Of a DNA stretch of 64,000 nt, positions 42,266 through 57,394 are shown piece after piece. Each line of letters starts with the position of its first letter. The first letter of the stretch is position 1. The translations under genes were made by a program, and so were the position numbers. Under the pieces are notes generated by a model, which was not told the origin of the DNA, searched no databases, and saw nothing but the letters and a program-made list of their open reading frames with translations. Origin of the DNA: Octopus vulgaris (Eukaryota); the NCBI GenBank assembly GCA_951406725.2, contig OX597819.1, positions 133,238,001 to 133,302,000 on the forward strand, in the 5' to 3' direction.

Positions 42266-44131
42266 ACATTAACCCCCACCACCACACAAATTCTCTCCCT
42301 CTCTCTCACCACTCAAAAATACACGTATATGATAATAGTAGTGTACCTGTTTTAATACATTACTATATTCTGTGCACGTCTATTAGTGTCTGACGTAGAA
42401 CTGGGCATAAAATGTTGAGTGAAATGTAAAATATCTTTTACAGCAGAATATAATGGGATGAGTATTTGTAAGTTTCGATATGTTGGCTCATTGGGCGGCC
42501 TTTAGAAAAGAAAATATTTCAGTGAGAGGAAACAGACAAAGAAAAAGAGGCTGGGAGACTTATAGCGAATGGGGAATTCCTCTTAAAGGTTGCTGGATAT
42601 GTTTTAAGTATGATTCGATGGAGTGATGAAGCCTATGGCATTTAGGATCAGGTAAATCTCATCCTCGGTTTGAGAAAAAACTGATTTCAAGCGAGAGAAT
42701 TTCAAGATGTCGATATGCGTGTGGGTTTTATGGTAGGTATATGGGTGTGTGGGTGCATTTGTTAGATATTTCGAGTTATTTTAAACAATTATTTGATACA
42801 TGCAATACGCTCGCAGCTTCGTTTGTATATTCTACGATGTTAAGTAAAGAAGCAAAAATGTAGGAAGTGACAAAATGAAAGAAAGAAAGGAAAAGAGTAA
42901 GAGTTTTGAAAAATTCAGGGAAATGAATTATTTAAATTTACACTCATTGAGTGAGTTTCTTGCTTCAAGACAAAATAACATGTGAATGTATATATATTAT
43001 GTATTTCATTAAGCTATGGAATAGTGCAGAATGGGAATGTTTGGTATTTCAACAGACACCCCATAGAAAAACGTTCCATATATGAAACGCTGAGAGGTGC
43101 TCATGGGAATGATAACTGAAAAACAGATGCGAAACAATAGCTAATTTTATTTGCTTTAATTATGAGAAAATGTTCTCCGAACATTACACAAGAAGAATTA
43201 AACACTCTAATTTAGAATGTAATTTTTCTCACTTGAATTCATTGCAAATGAGGCAGACATTTTTATATTGATGCATTAAACCTGTTAACAATTCTTTCAA
43301 CGAAATATCGTTTCAATCCGAATTATAATAAATAAAACACATGGAAACATATTTTGCTCTTCGTTGAACAATTTTCAATTTAATAACCGCTATTTTAGAT
43401 GGAACATTTTCCAGAGGAAATCTAATTTCCGTCAGTTCATTATTGAAATAACTCAATATTGTCTCCTTGCTAAAGACATGTCACATTGAAAGATAGGACT
43501 ACTTGTGAGACAAATATTTCTTTTAGGGATCATGAACAACAGAGAAATATAGCAGCCATGAAATGTGGAGAATATGAAGCATCAGTGAGGAGACGCGTTT
43601 CTCTCACAAGTTGCAAGTTAGTAATACCAAATATCTTTTAACTACTTGTTTCTACTTTGGCAATAAATACTAAACGTATTAATGTATTAGTCATAGCACT
43701 GTGTTAAGTATTTTATACCATAAAACTACTTTAACAGAAAAATAATGCTTTTTGGTAACAACATCGTTATTGGCAGTTTTGTAGCTGGAGTTTATCAAAA
43801 TTGATTACAATCCTCGTTATATTTTAAGAATGTTGAGAAAGACAATATAATTTACGAGTTCCAGTTTGTTTAAATTTCAGGAATACAGCACACAGCATTG
43901 CAATATTTTCAATAACCAAAGATATTTGCGGCAGAATTTAACGGAAATTAACAATCAAGATTGTAACAGTTGTATAATGCTGTGAGTTAACATTGGTAAC
44001 GAAGCTGACAGTTTGGGCTACGGAGACTCAGCGAAATATCCAATCATGTGTGTGTGTGTGTGTATGTGTGTATGTGTGCGCGTGAGTGAGTGAATATATA
44101 CGTCCATATATATATGCATGCACATAATATT

Positions 44132-44193
<62 letters not shown>

Positions 44194-44282
44194 GTTCAAA
44201 TTTACAGAAAACAAAAGACGAAGACAAGTGTAGAAACAACAAGCAGGCGTAATAGTTTAACGCTCGGAGAAAATGGAAAAGT

Positions 44283-44317
44283 CTTTTACGTTTCGAGCCT
44301 ACGCTCTTCAACAGAAG
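44283..44317 (-). ncRNA. Minimal hammerhead-like motif
   Basis: Reverse complement CTT-CTGTTGA-A-GAGC(gtag)GCTC-GAAAC-GTA-AAAG; one core mismatch. Confidence 0.5.
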
Positions 44318-44504
44318 GGATTAAGAAGGAAAGAAAAACAGAGAGAGAACAACATGTGCAGAGTTCAACAGTCCAACATGGCGAGAGAGCGCGAGAGAGC
44401 TAGAGAGAGAGAAAGAGAGAGAGAGTGAAAGAGGAAATATGTATGTATACATGCATATATGCATCAGAGGTTTTTGCACAATGACTGTCAAAAAATGTCA
44501 TCCC

Positions 44505-44617
<113 letters not shown>

Positions 44618-44619
44618 TG

Positions 44620-44966
44620 AAGGCGGTTAGACGAAGTCGACTAGCCTGTCGTCTTTTCGAGATTGATCAATTAAGTACCAGTTGAATCGACACATCCTCT
44701 CCCCCAACTGGCTGCCCTTGTGGCAAAATTTGAAACCATTATTATTATTAAAAGCGGCGAGCTGGCAGAACCGTTAGCACGCCGGGCAAAATGCTTAGCA
44801 GTATTTCGCCTGTCTTTATGTTCTGAGTTCAAATTCCGCCGAGGTTGATTTTTGCCTTTTATCCTTTCGGGGTTGATAAATTAAGCACCAGTGAAACGCT
44901 GCGGCCGATGTTATCGAATAATCTCCTGCCCCCAAATTTCATGCCTTCCGCCTTTAGTAGAAAGGG
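44620..44966 (+). mobile_element. Family A SINEs (deleted copy, then full copy at 44753-44966) within (ATT)n
   Basis: gcggcgagctggcagaaccgttagcacg...gagttcaaattccgccgagg...cctttcggggttgataaa. Confidence 0.85.
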
Positions 44967-47072
44967 TTATTATTATTATTATTTTGGTTTGGTTCAGGTT
45001 CGGTCTTATTCCCGATAGAATTTACGTGGTCAGGACGCTCTTTAAGCCCAAATAATTTCTGATCACATCTTCGCCAGATAAGTACGAAATAGTGAACATG
45101 GAAATAATGGGGGCGATTTAATCGAACATAACTGATGAATGGTACCAAGCATGGTTGTAGTCCAATAATCTAGTAAACTGTTATATATTACTGAAGAATT
45201 TTGTGAGAGAAATTGAAAAATGGCTGGTGATGTTTTGACGTTGTTTACTATAGTAATATGAAAGCCTTACAATTTCTTTGGGCGTAATGACCCCTACGCA
45301 TTCCTTGTATTATTTAAACCAAAATACGTTACATCTACATAGGAATATTTGGATTCAGGATGTAGAGCTGAAAAACTAAATAAATGAAATATTTAATGCC
45401 ATTCGCTCTTCTTGTGTTCCGTTTATTCTTCTAACGGTTCCAATAATAATATTTCCCGTTCATAGTGTTTATAACAGCTCTGAGTTAGATAAATTTTGTA
45501 ATTTATAATTATATATTTCTGTGGAGAATACACAGATTTACATAAATATTAAATATTAAATACGAATAATTAAATGAATTTTAACTTATCCAATGATATA
45601 CGTGCTAAGAATATAAGGCTCTAGGTTTTTGCCTAAGACCATTATTTTATAATATATCTTATTAAAGTTGAGGGCGAGCAAGTATAAAGCTTTATCGTCA
45701 AAATGCAATTTGGGAAAGCAATCAAATTGATGCTAAAATCAATTCATTTGTATCTGTTTTTATCTTTAATTAATTCATTTGGGAAAATATTGGTTAACCT
45801 TCATACAAAAAGTATAAATGAATAAAAGAAAAGAAAAAGAAAAGAAAACAGCGAAACGTTGTGAACATTAAATTACGTCTGTGAATTGTCAGATGAAATT
45901 TAGTCCTATAAGCTACAAGGCTGCAGATAGAACCCGAAAGATACGTTGAATCTAACTGCAAGTTTACCGTGTCAACACCATCTTGCATCTCTGCAAATCG
46001 TATGAATATATTTGAGCTACTTGCATCCAACAGTCGTTCGTTGTACAGTAATGAGCCATACCACCTATCTACAGCTAAATCAATGAAACTATTTGATATT
46101 TAAAGCCTGCTGATCATTGACAGTTCACAGCAGATGTGATAGGACATGAGCAGGCAAGCTTTTAATCAACTGCCATCGGCCTATAATGCTTACGAAATAT
46201 AGCAAAGGGAGCAGATATTCATTATGTAGCGATGTTGTATTTGACAACTGGAAGTCAATGGATCAGACGTCATATATTTTGTGTGAGATGAAGCTTTTAT
46301 CATGGTTGGAGCAATTGTGAAGATTATGAAGAGCAATATCATTTTCTCTTGCGGCCATATTCCAACATTCTTATTGATGGACCATTTATCAGCCAACGAA
46401 TGAAATCAATATTGCTAGTTTAGAATATATTTGGGTCAAAACTTGTACGGTGATTGTCAGTTTTCTCATGACAAATTACGCTCAAGTACGCACTTTTACA
46501 GTGGTTATATCCGCCATTATACACCAATCATTCGGGCTTTCAACCTCATTTTTGTCTTTCCCTCTCCTATCTCTCACTATCTCCCTCTATATACCTCTCC
46601 TCCTCTCTTTCGCTTTCTTTTACTTTCTTCCTCACTCTCTCCATCTGGCACACACACACGCACACACACACACACACACACTCACTCAAACACACAGAGT
46701 AACGTACGCAGGGCTATATGCAAAGACAGACACCTACATATGCATACGTACACAAACGCGCACGAACTCACACAGTGAGGCACACTCACTCAAACGTGTA
46801 TTAGTGTGTATTTTCAATAAGATTGAAAACAGATTAACGGAAATGAGAAGGATGATGGATGCAAGAAAAGAAATAGAATTTCGAGAAATATGAGGCAACA
46901 ATTGTAAATATTCACAGTTGTGGTATTTGTTGTATAAGAAGAGTAATTCTTATTCATATATACACACACTCGTATTTTGACATAACATCCATCCGTACTT
47001 ACACACATTCAGATACATTTATGTATGTGTGTGTGCATGGATGACTGAGATATAAATGTCAGTATTGTAAGT

Positions 47073-47137
<65 letters not shown>

Positions 47138-47189
47138 CATGCATATATATATATACATATGCATATATACATACATATATATACATATG

Positions 47190-47229
<40 letters not shown>

Positions 47230-47248
47230 ATAAAAAAATATATATATA

Positions 47249-47291
<43 letters not shown>

Positions 47292-50200
47292 ATGTATATA
47301 TATATACATATATATAAATATGGGAATAAAATCCCAGCTATGTTAGATTTCTTTGCTTTATATGTAAATTATAGATATGTGCATTTTGCACATTTCAAAA
47401 TGTCTGAATTTATAACAAAAACGTTTTTGTAATTCCACGTGCATAGCAGTTTTCTTCTCTGACGTGAAAGAATTTCTCAGAATGGCAAATATAAATATTT
47501 ATGGGAAACATATTGTGTATTGGAAGTTGATGTAATTATACATTTCTTAACTTTCGACTTATCACAAGTAGATAAATATATCATTTATATGCATATTTAA
47601 TCCTAAAGTGACAACCAGTTATTAAATTATAATCGGCAACGAAGAGTAATTGCTTAGACATGTCACACGTTAGCTACCGAAATTAATCTTAATCAAAACA
47701 GTCTCTATTTACATTATTGTAAATCTAAAATTTAAGAAATAATTATTTGCAAGCCGAGTTTCTTCTCTGTTCTGTTTTGATTAAAATGCATGAGGAATAT
47801 TTCTGAAGGAAATCGTCTTTCATTCTGCTCAGGTTGTAACTTTTTACGATCAAATCAACATTTAATGTGCTGTAGCGCTATTGAAAGGAAAGTATTGTTT
47901 TTCAGAGCCGTAAGACATTTTATAGATTACTACCTGCACAGTCCTACACTAACCCAAATCAGGGTTGTTTTTCCCTCAATAACCTTGTATAAATTTCTTG
48001 CCCGCAATGATATTATATGAATTTCCAGCTTTTCAATATTCCGTCGCAGTAGAGTTGTTTTCTTTTTCAATCTTTTATAAAATCCAGTCGTTGAGAGAAT
48101 TAGTTCAATCTCTGAGAAAGAAAATAAATAAATGTGGGAAACAAAATAAGTAATCTCTGTAGAACAGAACAAAAGAAAAGGGCAACAAAGTGATGGGATT
48201 CAGGCCATGAAATTAGGCGACATTATTTTGTGTATTTTGAACGGTTCTATATTCTGGAGTTAAAACATAATTTTCCATTTGTACCTGAAATCAAATACAT
48301 TGAAGCATATTACCATGTAAGTTATATTGGTGTCATTCGGATTTTGGGAGATACGAAAGAAAGGAGAGTCAAAAGATAGCAGCACCCTTAATAATTCTAG
48401 TTTTCAGTCAATATATACAATTACATACAGAAGTTTGTAAATTACTGGTGATAATAAAGACTATACCTTATAATTACATCCTTGGCATATTTACAAAATC
48501 ACATCTTATTTAGCTATAATAAATAATTACTGCAGATGATTTAGGATTTAATGACTTAAAATGGAAAATTTGTACATTTTATTATTCGTTCTTATCCTCT
48601 TTAATTTGTGCAACTCTCTTGACATTATTTGCGTTAATTTTGCTACTATTTCTTTAATGAATATCTTGGTTGCAATATTATTGACCATGAAAAAGTAAAT
48701 TCAGTCTCACGGAACTTGTTTAAAAAAGGTAGGTAATTTGTTGCTGTACTTCAACATTATCTTGCTGTACAATTTAAGTCTCACGTCTCCATAAGCCGAA
48801 AGTAAAATATGTCAGGATAGCGTCGTAACTTAGATATCATTCCATGCGTCCCTTGATAAACTGTTGCTAAATGGTGGTGTAACTTTCCTCCTTTAAACTT
48901 ATTACATTCAATCGGTAGACAGATCCAGCTCTTACAAATATTTCAGCACGCATGCGTCAAAACTCTAAACCCACGCGAGGAGAGACTTTAAGCCGCTGCA
49001 TCACAAAGCTCAGCTCTGCTCAGGCGTCTTTCAAGAAAGCTGTTATTGATTCCTCGTGTAAATAGTCGACGAATATTATTATGAATATTCTACGCTGTAC
49101 AGCTTGTTTGAAACTTAAAATTTGAGCTACAATTTCATTATGTAATTAGTGGAATTGATTACGCCGCTTTGTGATATTTTTTATTACCATCCGGCCACAT
49201 CTGCCTTTTTAAATCCACTTTTTCAATATTCTCGTATCGAAACTGATTTAGCACTTTCCCCAGGTAATGTCTAAGTCACATTCAAACCTTTTAAAATTGC
49301 TTCAACATTTTAAATATTGCTGCTCTTATCTATTTAACGAACGCAATTTAAATATAATTTCTTTGACAAGATATGATTTAATTTAGTTTCATTTTAATCT
49401 CTATTAGTATCCTTAACAAGATTTAACTTTATTCCATCATTAATCATTTTAATTCTAAATCTCATTTACTGCTTTAATTACTTCTCTTTAATAATGTAAA
49501 TACTTAAACCACAATTAAACCCCTTTATTAACAATTCAAATTGCATTTGTGAATTATTACTCTTAATTTCACTTACTGCTGGCACATCACTTGATTTATA
49601 TGCCAGTTGGCCCTTTTATTGAGATTGCGGTATCCTGATAAAGGCCAAAATTTGATCTCAGTGTTATCGTTTTGACCATTGATCAGCGTCTGACGTTTCA
49701 AGGTTTGTAAACCTTGAATCACAGCATAGTTCATGTTATCCGAATAGATTTAACCCTACCACATTAGAATACATATTGTGAACTCTTCTATAACTACAGC
49801 TAAAACGAATTTGTTTACTTGTTGAACTATTGTTTTCGTTCTGTTCTTTGACTGTGTTGTTGATGTTGTGTCCAGTCATGTTGTTTGTAGTAACTCTCTG
49901 CATGGAATATTCAAGTTGCAGTAGAAAACCGGTACGATCGTGAATAAAAGACTCCCTCAGTTAATTCATCTGAAGATTAACCAGTTATTTAGCAAGGATG
50001 ATAGTTCTGGCTGCAAAGTTGGAGATAGTATTTGTTGTATTTTCGATAAATAGTCTCCCACGTCAAATACACGATTTGTCGCTTCGAATGTTTATGTATG
50101 AATGCATGCATACGACATACAAATCTATACATACATACATACATACATACATACATACATACATACATACATACATACATACATACATACATACAAAATA

Positions 50201-50334
50201 CCCTATTGGTGATGTTGAAATTCCAATGAAGGAACCTTGGATCTAGGTTAGAAACCGATACTTACTCTATTAGCAAGAAATTTTGAAATAAACTGAATAA
50301 CGACATACATACATACATATTCTTCTTCTTCATA

Positions 50335-50788
50335 TACACACAACCAGTTAGACTACATTGGGAATCTGTAATCTACAAATTGTATGAACATGAACCTTGT
50401 AAAGTACTAGAAAGTAAGAAAGACAAGATGTTATCGGACTTTAAAGAGAATAGAAAGTGCCAGATAATTGGCTTTACAGTCCCAAATCATGAAAAATTAA
50501 TACGAGAAGTATAGAAGAAATAGTAGGAACCAGCTATTGAATTACAGAGACTATGGAAAGTGCGGGTAGAATGTATCCCAGACATCAGAGGTGCAATGAG
50601 AACTATCCTTAAAGATCTGAACAGATGGATAGAGGAAAAAAGGAATAAAACCCAGTTTAGTGCAGCTGCAGAAAGCAGTGTTGTAAGGGACATCTAGGAT
50701 GCTTTGGAGGGTTCTTGCCATCTAAGGTTACTTGCTGTAACCCGATGTTAGAATTCTTTTCTTTTCCAACAGTCTAATCTGTTGAGTG

Positions 50789-50830
<42 letters not shown>
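50335..50830 (+). mobile_element. R4/Dong-like non-LTR 3' fragment (restriction-like endonuclease end) with (TAA)n tail
   Basis: Decayed KCQII..VP, AIELQRLWKV.V..IP..GA and LQKAVL*GTSRML.RVL; ends in (TAA)n. Confidence 0.75.
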
Positions 50831-51688
50831 TAGAAGAAAAAAAAAGAAGAGGAAGAAAAACAAGAAGAAGAGGAAGAAGGAGAAGAAGAAAAAGAAAGAA
50901 GTGCAATGACATTAATTATAATCGACAATATTTACCTTTTTTTGTCTTGTACGTTCATTGTTCTTTATTTGCTGTGTGTAGATAGCAATAATACACTTGC
51001 TCCATTTAATTGGTTCCTGAATAACTCCTCTTGTCGAAGTTCATGAACGAGTTGTTTGATAGACAGATGAACTGAGATCTGTAAAAAAAAAAGTAAATAA
51101 ACAAAGACTCTTCGAAGTATTAAGCTAAAATCTGGTTTCCCGGTTTCCCAAGCCATGAGCTGCGAATCCAGTGCGAGATTTCATCAGTCATTGGAAGGTT
51201 ACAGAAGCTGGGAAGATACACAGATTTGTCTTCATTATGCGTATACACCCCAATGGAAGTTTCAAATAACTTTATAATCCATGAAACTAAATAATTATGA
51301 ATGATAGCATTCAACAGATCATCTGATAAATTATTAATTTCTGGTAAAAGAATTTCTCTTCATGAAATTACATTAACACAACGACATTGAATTTAGTTTC
51401 AGATATTTCATGCGTTTGTACGCGATTAATACTCCGCACTTTCGTTTTACAAAAGGACGAAGTCAACTTTATATTTAGCGTAATTAAGGACTTAATAACA
51501 ACTTACGAGACTCAATAATAATTCAAATGAGTTTAGAGGCTGAATATGAATTATGTTATAAGAATGAAATAGAAGTTGGTAAATAAGAAAATGTGATGAA
51601 TTGAAAACTATAATAATGTCGCAGAATAGCAAGACAGTATTTATTATGCTAATTTTAAGAAACAGAAAAAATCGAGTTATATGATCCG

Positions 51689-52051
51689 CGCATGGCTCAG
51701 TGTGAAGGCGCATGGCTCAGTGGTTAGAGCGTCGAGCTTACGATCGTGAGGTTGTGAGCTCGAATCCCGGACCGGGCTGCGTGTTGTGTTCTTGAGCAAG
51801 ACACTTTATTTCACGTTGCTCCAGTTCACTCAGCTGTAGAAATGAGTTGCGACGTCACAGGTGCCAAGCTGTATCGACCTTTGTCTTTCCCTTGGATAAC
51901 ACTGGTGGCGTGGAGAGGGGAGGCCGGTGTGCATGGGCGACTACTGGTCTTCCATAAAACAACCTTGCCCAGACTTGTGCCTCAGAGGGTAACTCTCTAG
52001 GTGCAAACCCATGGTCACTCATGACCGAAGGGGGTCTTTACCCCTTTACCC
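51689..52051 (+). mobile_element. tRNA-derived SINE family C with 7-bp TSD
   Basis: tggctcagtggttagagcg (A box), tcgaatccc (B box), cttgagcaagacacttt central domain, (ctttacc)n tail; tgatccg at 51682 and 52052. Confidence 0.88.
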
Positions 52052-52984
52052 TGATCCGAAAATGATATACATGGTTTGTGTGTCTGCCACAAATGGTGGA
52101 TTATGTTAGGGGAAAGAAAAAAGGCGAACCAAGATTAAGATGTATTTTTATTTAATTCATTCACTTATAATTTTTACTCGTGACTACAAATATTTTTATT
52201 AACAGAACATACAGAGAGAAAGAGAGAAAATTAGTGTTAGCTTTCGATGGCGACGTGTGAGTGAATGACAACTTAGATATTTCCTTGCTTAAAATCCTTT
52301 CCTATCAGCGATACGTCTCCTGCAGGATTCTGTTTCAATTTCTCAACACTTAATTGGTCGAATTAACACGTGACAGAAGAATTACCTGCTATTTTTGTTC
52401 TCAATAAATCAGACGATTAACTGTTCGGGAAGTAAGTAAAATTTCTGACACTACCGTCATTCTTCTCTTCCATGTATTTCTGTTGCTCTCTATATATGGG
52501 AGATTAGACATGCCATCATGCTGTTAGATATGCTGCCTATTAGGGGCCATCAAAGACCCTGAAATATACAGAATGCTTTCATATCCGAGTCATTCAACAG
52601 ATCACGTACCTGTAAAGGACGATATCCTCTTTAAGCAGTTAAAGTCTTATGAACTGACGACTTAAGCAATGAAGCTTCACGAAAAATGTTAAACTTTGGT
52701 TATGATCGCCTGACTTTTAGTGTCATGGAATCGCTAGATTTAAGGTTATAAATTCGCCTGCTTCTAATTAAACTGTGTTCATGCTAACAAATATCAACTC
52801 CTATTTAACATTTAGGAAAGCTATTATCTAATTAATTATCACTTGCTCTATGCCGTATTCCGTCGACACTACAATTCACTTCATATTATCCATTATTACC
52901 TGTCAATCCTCATTTTAAGAGGTCAGACATATTCTCTCAGTACGTTTCATAGTCAGGAAAGAAACATTCACCTCTGTAGTAACT

Positions 52985-53970
52985 CTTTGACTTGGGCATT
53001 ATCTCAAGGTGTATAGTCTACTTTCTTTATTCTCATGCTGGTTCTACGGGCCTCTATTACTTTTGGTACCGGTACATCAAATATTTCACAGATTACTTCC
53101 ATGGCAATTTCTTCCCGATCTTGAGTATACCTCCTCCTTAGTTGGTGTATATGTCTCTTATGTTCATCGTGTAACTCTTTAATTAGATACATTATACGTC
53201 TAATTTTTCGGGTAACAAGGCCATCTTCCCAGCCCTCTTCACCGTTTCTATAAGTCTTTAAATGCACTTTATCACATATCTCGACTTATTTCGTTGGCTC
53301 TTTCGTATTTCCATTACGTCATTTTTTCTCTGGATTTTATTCTTCTTGAGAACATCAATTCTGCGGGAAACTTCCCTGAATTTGTAATTGGATTGGGGAT
53401 CACTCTGTATATTCTTAAGAAATTTGTCAGTGCTTCGTCGTTATTTAATTCATTCCTCGCTTTTCTTAACGTACTCTTAAAGGTGTCCACAAATCTCTCT
53501 ACCTAACCGTTTGAGCACGGGTGGTAGAGCGGAGTCAAAATATGCTTAGTCTCATGCTTTTACCGAAGTTCTTGAATTTATACTCATAGAACTGCGTTCC
53601 GTTGTCGGAAACTTGCATGTCAGGGACAAATTATCGCGCAAACAATTCGTAAGGACTTTTGGAGGTTGGTCTATAGCACCTGCAAACCGCCTGCCATTTA
53701 GTACAGCTATCTATAAAGATTTGGTAGTAATCACCGTTTATCGGTCTGGCATAGTCAATGTGTAAACTAGACCATGGATTCCCCGTCTCTGGCCACGATT
53801 GATATTTTACCAGCATAGCTTTGGCCGCGAACGGGCAACCTCAGCACGTTCTCACCAAGTTTTTGATATTTCGGTCCATAGACGGCCAATAGACATAACT
53901 CCTCATCAGAGCCTTCATCCTTTGATGCCCGTAGTGAAATTATTGCAATACGCTTTGAGAGAGTAATCTC
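52985..53970 (-). mobile_element. Ty3/Gypsy integrase remnant
   Basis: WPETGNPWSSLHIDYARPING..FIDSCTKW..LFAR, VSDNGTQF, YHPCSNG*VERFVDTFK. Confidence 0.85.
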
Positions 53971-54156
53971 CATCACGCCATGTCGCATCCCCCGGATATA
54001 TATATACGGGGTGTATATGTTAAGTATATGTGATCGATAATGTTAATCTTATTTAGTTACTTCCTTTTATTTTGTCCCTGTTCGTCTAATAATGTGAACG
54101 TATATAAGAGTGTGCGTATATGTGCGTGTATGTATATATGTGTGTATGTATGTATA

Positions 54157-54190
<34 letters not shown>

Positions 54191-56273
54191 CTTGCTTGTG
54201 TATATGCATATCTATATATCTATCTATCTGTCTATATACACATATGCATATATATATTTATATGTGTATTGGTATATATATGTGTGCATATTTTTCCTAC
54301 CTTTATACACCTATGCGTATATTTGTTTTCGTTTTCATGTTTATATTTATATATATCTGTATGCGTGTTTTTGTGTGTGTGTGTGTGTGTGTGTGTTTGT
54401 GAATCAATGTGCATGTATTCATGCACCCACTTATATTCACCGCCGCTTTCATTTATGCGTGCCTGTGTATGCTAGTCTATCTTTAAATTCCCTTTATGTG
54501 TTTATTCATTTATTTACTCAATGTCATAAAGGGAAAACATATTACCCACGTGACATTTTAATTGTTCCAGAAGAATTCAGAGTAATACCATTATCACCGG
54601 TATACAAATGTATAGCGCCTTCATTTAAAAACAGTTTGATAAATGCCAACACACGAAACTGTGGGCCCTTGAGTCACATTGTATCCCTTTGCCGATTATA
54701 TATATTAGCTGAATATTGTGATATATGCATTATTATGTGATATCTATTCTTGTTGAACATTGTAAAACCTATCCAACTTTTCTATCGCATTTCATTGCAA
54801 AAAAAAAAAGAAAAAGTTAAAATCCTTTTGCAAACTTCTTTGTACTTTACGTTGCAAAAAAAAAGAAAATACGTAGCAAAATTAGATTTGGAGAGAATTT
54901 CCTATCTTCTTGTATTAGAAGTTATATATATATATGCTTCCGTTGGGAAATCTACGTATGGTCTTCATTTCCAGCCAAGTAAAAATCCTGACAGAAAAAG
55001 GAAATTAGCAAGAGATTTTACTTGGAGGAAAGTAAAATAGTAATGATGCATTTCAGTAGCTGTGTGATGGTGTCGATGCAGACGGCGAAGCTTCAAAACC
55101 ATTTACCCCGAACTGACTTTCAAGTGAATATCTCACCAGCAAACGAATGCTTCTGCGTCTCATCCAACTAGTTGTGCAATACTTGCATATTTTTTTATAC
55201 GAAAGACATGTCATATATTAAGGCTGTTAGCTGCGGTAGCCTTTGGGAAATATCCAAAACAATAAAAATGATGTTTATGCTTACAGGTGTAACCAAATTT
55301 GTTCTGCATTTCTAATTTGTTGAAGGGATGTACTGATACCTGCCGATTGGTTTTATCGCCAAGTTCATGTTTTCATATAATATTTGAACCCAGGGAAACG
55401 TTTTAAAAAGCTTATAGTTGTGAAGAAGCAAGCTTTGAATCAATGCTCTATGTATTTCCTATATGTTAAGAATTTCTACAGTAATTCCTACCCTGTATGG
55501 CGAGGGAAATAGTTAAGAAATAACTTCTCGATGTGACGAGTCTGCTTCCCGGTATTGATTTCATTTCCATTACAAGTTTATAATAGGAAGTCTGTCATAA
55601 ATGTAAATCGTTATGCGAACAAGAAATATTTGTCATTAGAGATTAAGTAACATATAAATTTACCTTATCTAAATTTCAGCTCTATTTTATAGCTCTTTTT
55701 TCTTTTTTTTCGTTCGTCTTTTGTTGTCTCTACGGTTATATATCTCAGAGTTTACTTTACCAATAGATCTTTAATAAGTATTTCAACCAATAAAATGATG
55801 CTGTCAATATGCAACACATTATTGGATATTAAAATGAAGACCAATTTATTTCACATCATAGCAAAACGTGGTTAATAACCTGAATAATATGCATCAAATG
55901 TGAGTGAATAGTGTAGCGGAGACTCTAATGTCGTTGATGTCATTTATTTTACAGCAGCTAACTTGGTGTCAAGCATGATTTTGACATTGAACTGCTATTG
56001 ATTTACTGATTTACTTAGAGTATACGTAATGTAATATTATGCACACACACACACACACACACATTATCATATATATACATACATACATACATACATACAT
56101 ACATACATACATACATACATGCATACATACATACATACATACATATACATACATATATATATATATATAATAATTATTATTTGAGGGGATAAAATCCAAA
56201 CTTACAAGGAAAAAGAATTCAATTTAGAAATACTAAATAAAATTACACACAATATAATATATATATATATATA

Positions 56274-56609
56274 TATATAAAATATTAGAAAAGACCCACC
56301 TTTTATCAATTCAAAATGAATAATTAAATTACACCATCTAGAAAATTACATATAATAGAAAAGTTAAAATTGAAATAACAATAAAATGTAAAGATTAAGT
56401 AAATTGCAAAAATAATAATAAAAATGTATATAATTGTTTTTTCTACCTATTATATACATTTTTATTATTATTTTTGCAATTTACTTAATCTTTACATTTT
56501 ATTGTTATTTCAATTTTAACTTTTCCATTATATGTAATTTTCTAGATGGTGTAATTTAATTATTCATTTTGAATTGATAAAAGGTGGGTCTTTTCTAATA
56601 TTTTATATA
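56274..56609. repeat. Foldback: 161-bp inverted arms, 14-bp spacer
   Basis: 56274-56434 versus 56449-56609; one mismatch seen. Confidence 0.95.
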
Positions 56610-57007
56610 CTCTTTTGCTCTTTTACTTGTTTCAGTCATTTGACTGTGGCCATGTTGGAGCACCGCTTTATTAGTCGAGCAAATCGACCCCAGGACTTAT
56701 TCTTTGTAAGCGTAGTACTTATTCTATCGGTCTCTTTGGCCGAACCGCTAAGTTACGGGGACGTAAACACACCAGCGTCGGTTGTCAAGCGATGTTGGGG
56801 GGACAAACACAGACACACAAACGTATACACACATACACACACATATATATACATATATACGACGGGCTTCTTTCAGTTTCCGTCTACCAAATCCACTCAC
56901 AAGGCTTTGGTCAGCCCGAGGCTATAGTAGAAGACACTTGCCCAAGGTGCCACGCAGTGGGACTGAACCCGGAACCATGTGGTTGGTAAGCAAGCTACTT
57001 ACCACAC
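56610..57007 (-). mobile_element. SINE family B
   Basis: Near-identical to 33196-33605. Confidence 0.9.
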
Positions 57008-57394
57008 TGAATGGGAACCTAAACACGTAAGAAACCTTCCCCCCTTCCCATCACTAAATCTCTTCCCCTCTTTGTTTCTCCTCCACTGTTAAAAGTAAAG
57101 AAAATAGAAAACATCGTTCATACTTATGGATAATGTTAATTTTAATTTTAAATGACTGCGAGGCCTTCGGTTCCCTGCCTCTGCCTCTTCACCATTTTTC
57201 AAAGGGTAAAAAGACAAAGAAGAAAAGAAACTCGATCGCATAAAATTCATAATGGCTTCAAATGAACATAAACCTGGAAATATTACTTTACACTCTCTCA
57301 CTCATAAGAATAGGACCTCTCATAATAATGATGATGATGATGATAATGATAACAATAGCAACAACAACAACAGTAATAATATTAATCATAAGGT

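Noticed and set aside
45900-46400. Coding-looking segment
   Set aside because: Stops in the frames examined and no recognisable family.
51707-51780. tRNA gene
   Set aside because: A/B boxes are present, but it continues into a SINE body with tail and TSD and has no proper acceptor stem.
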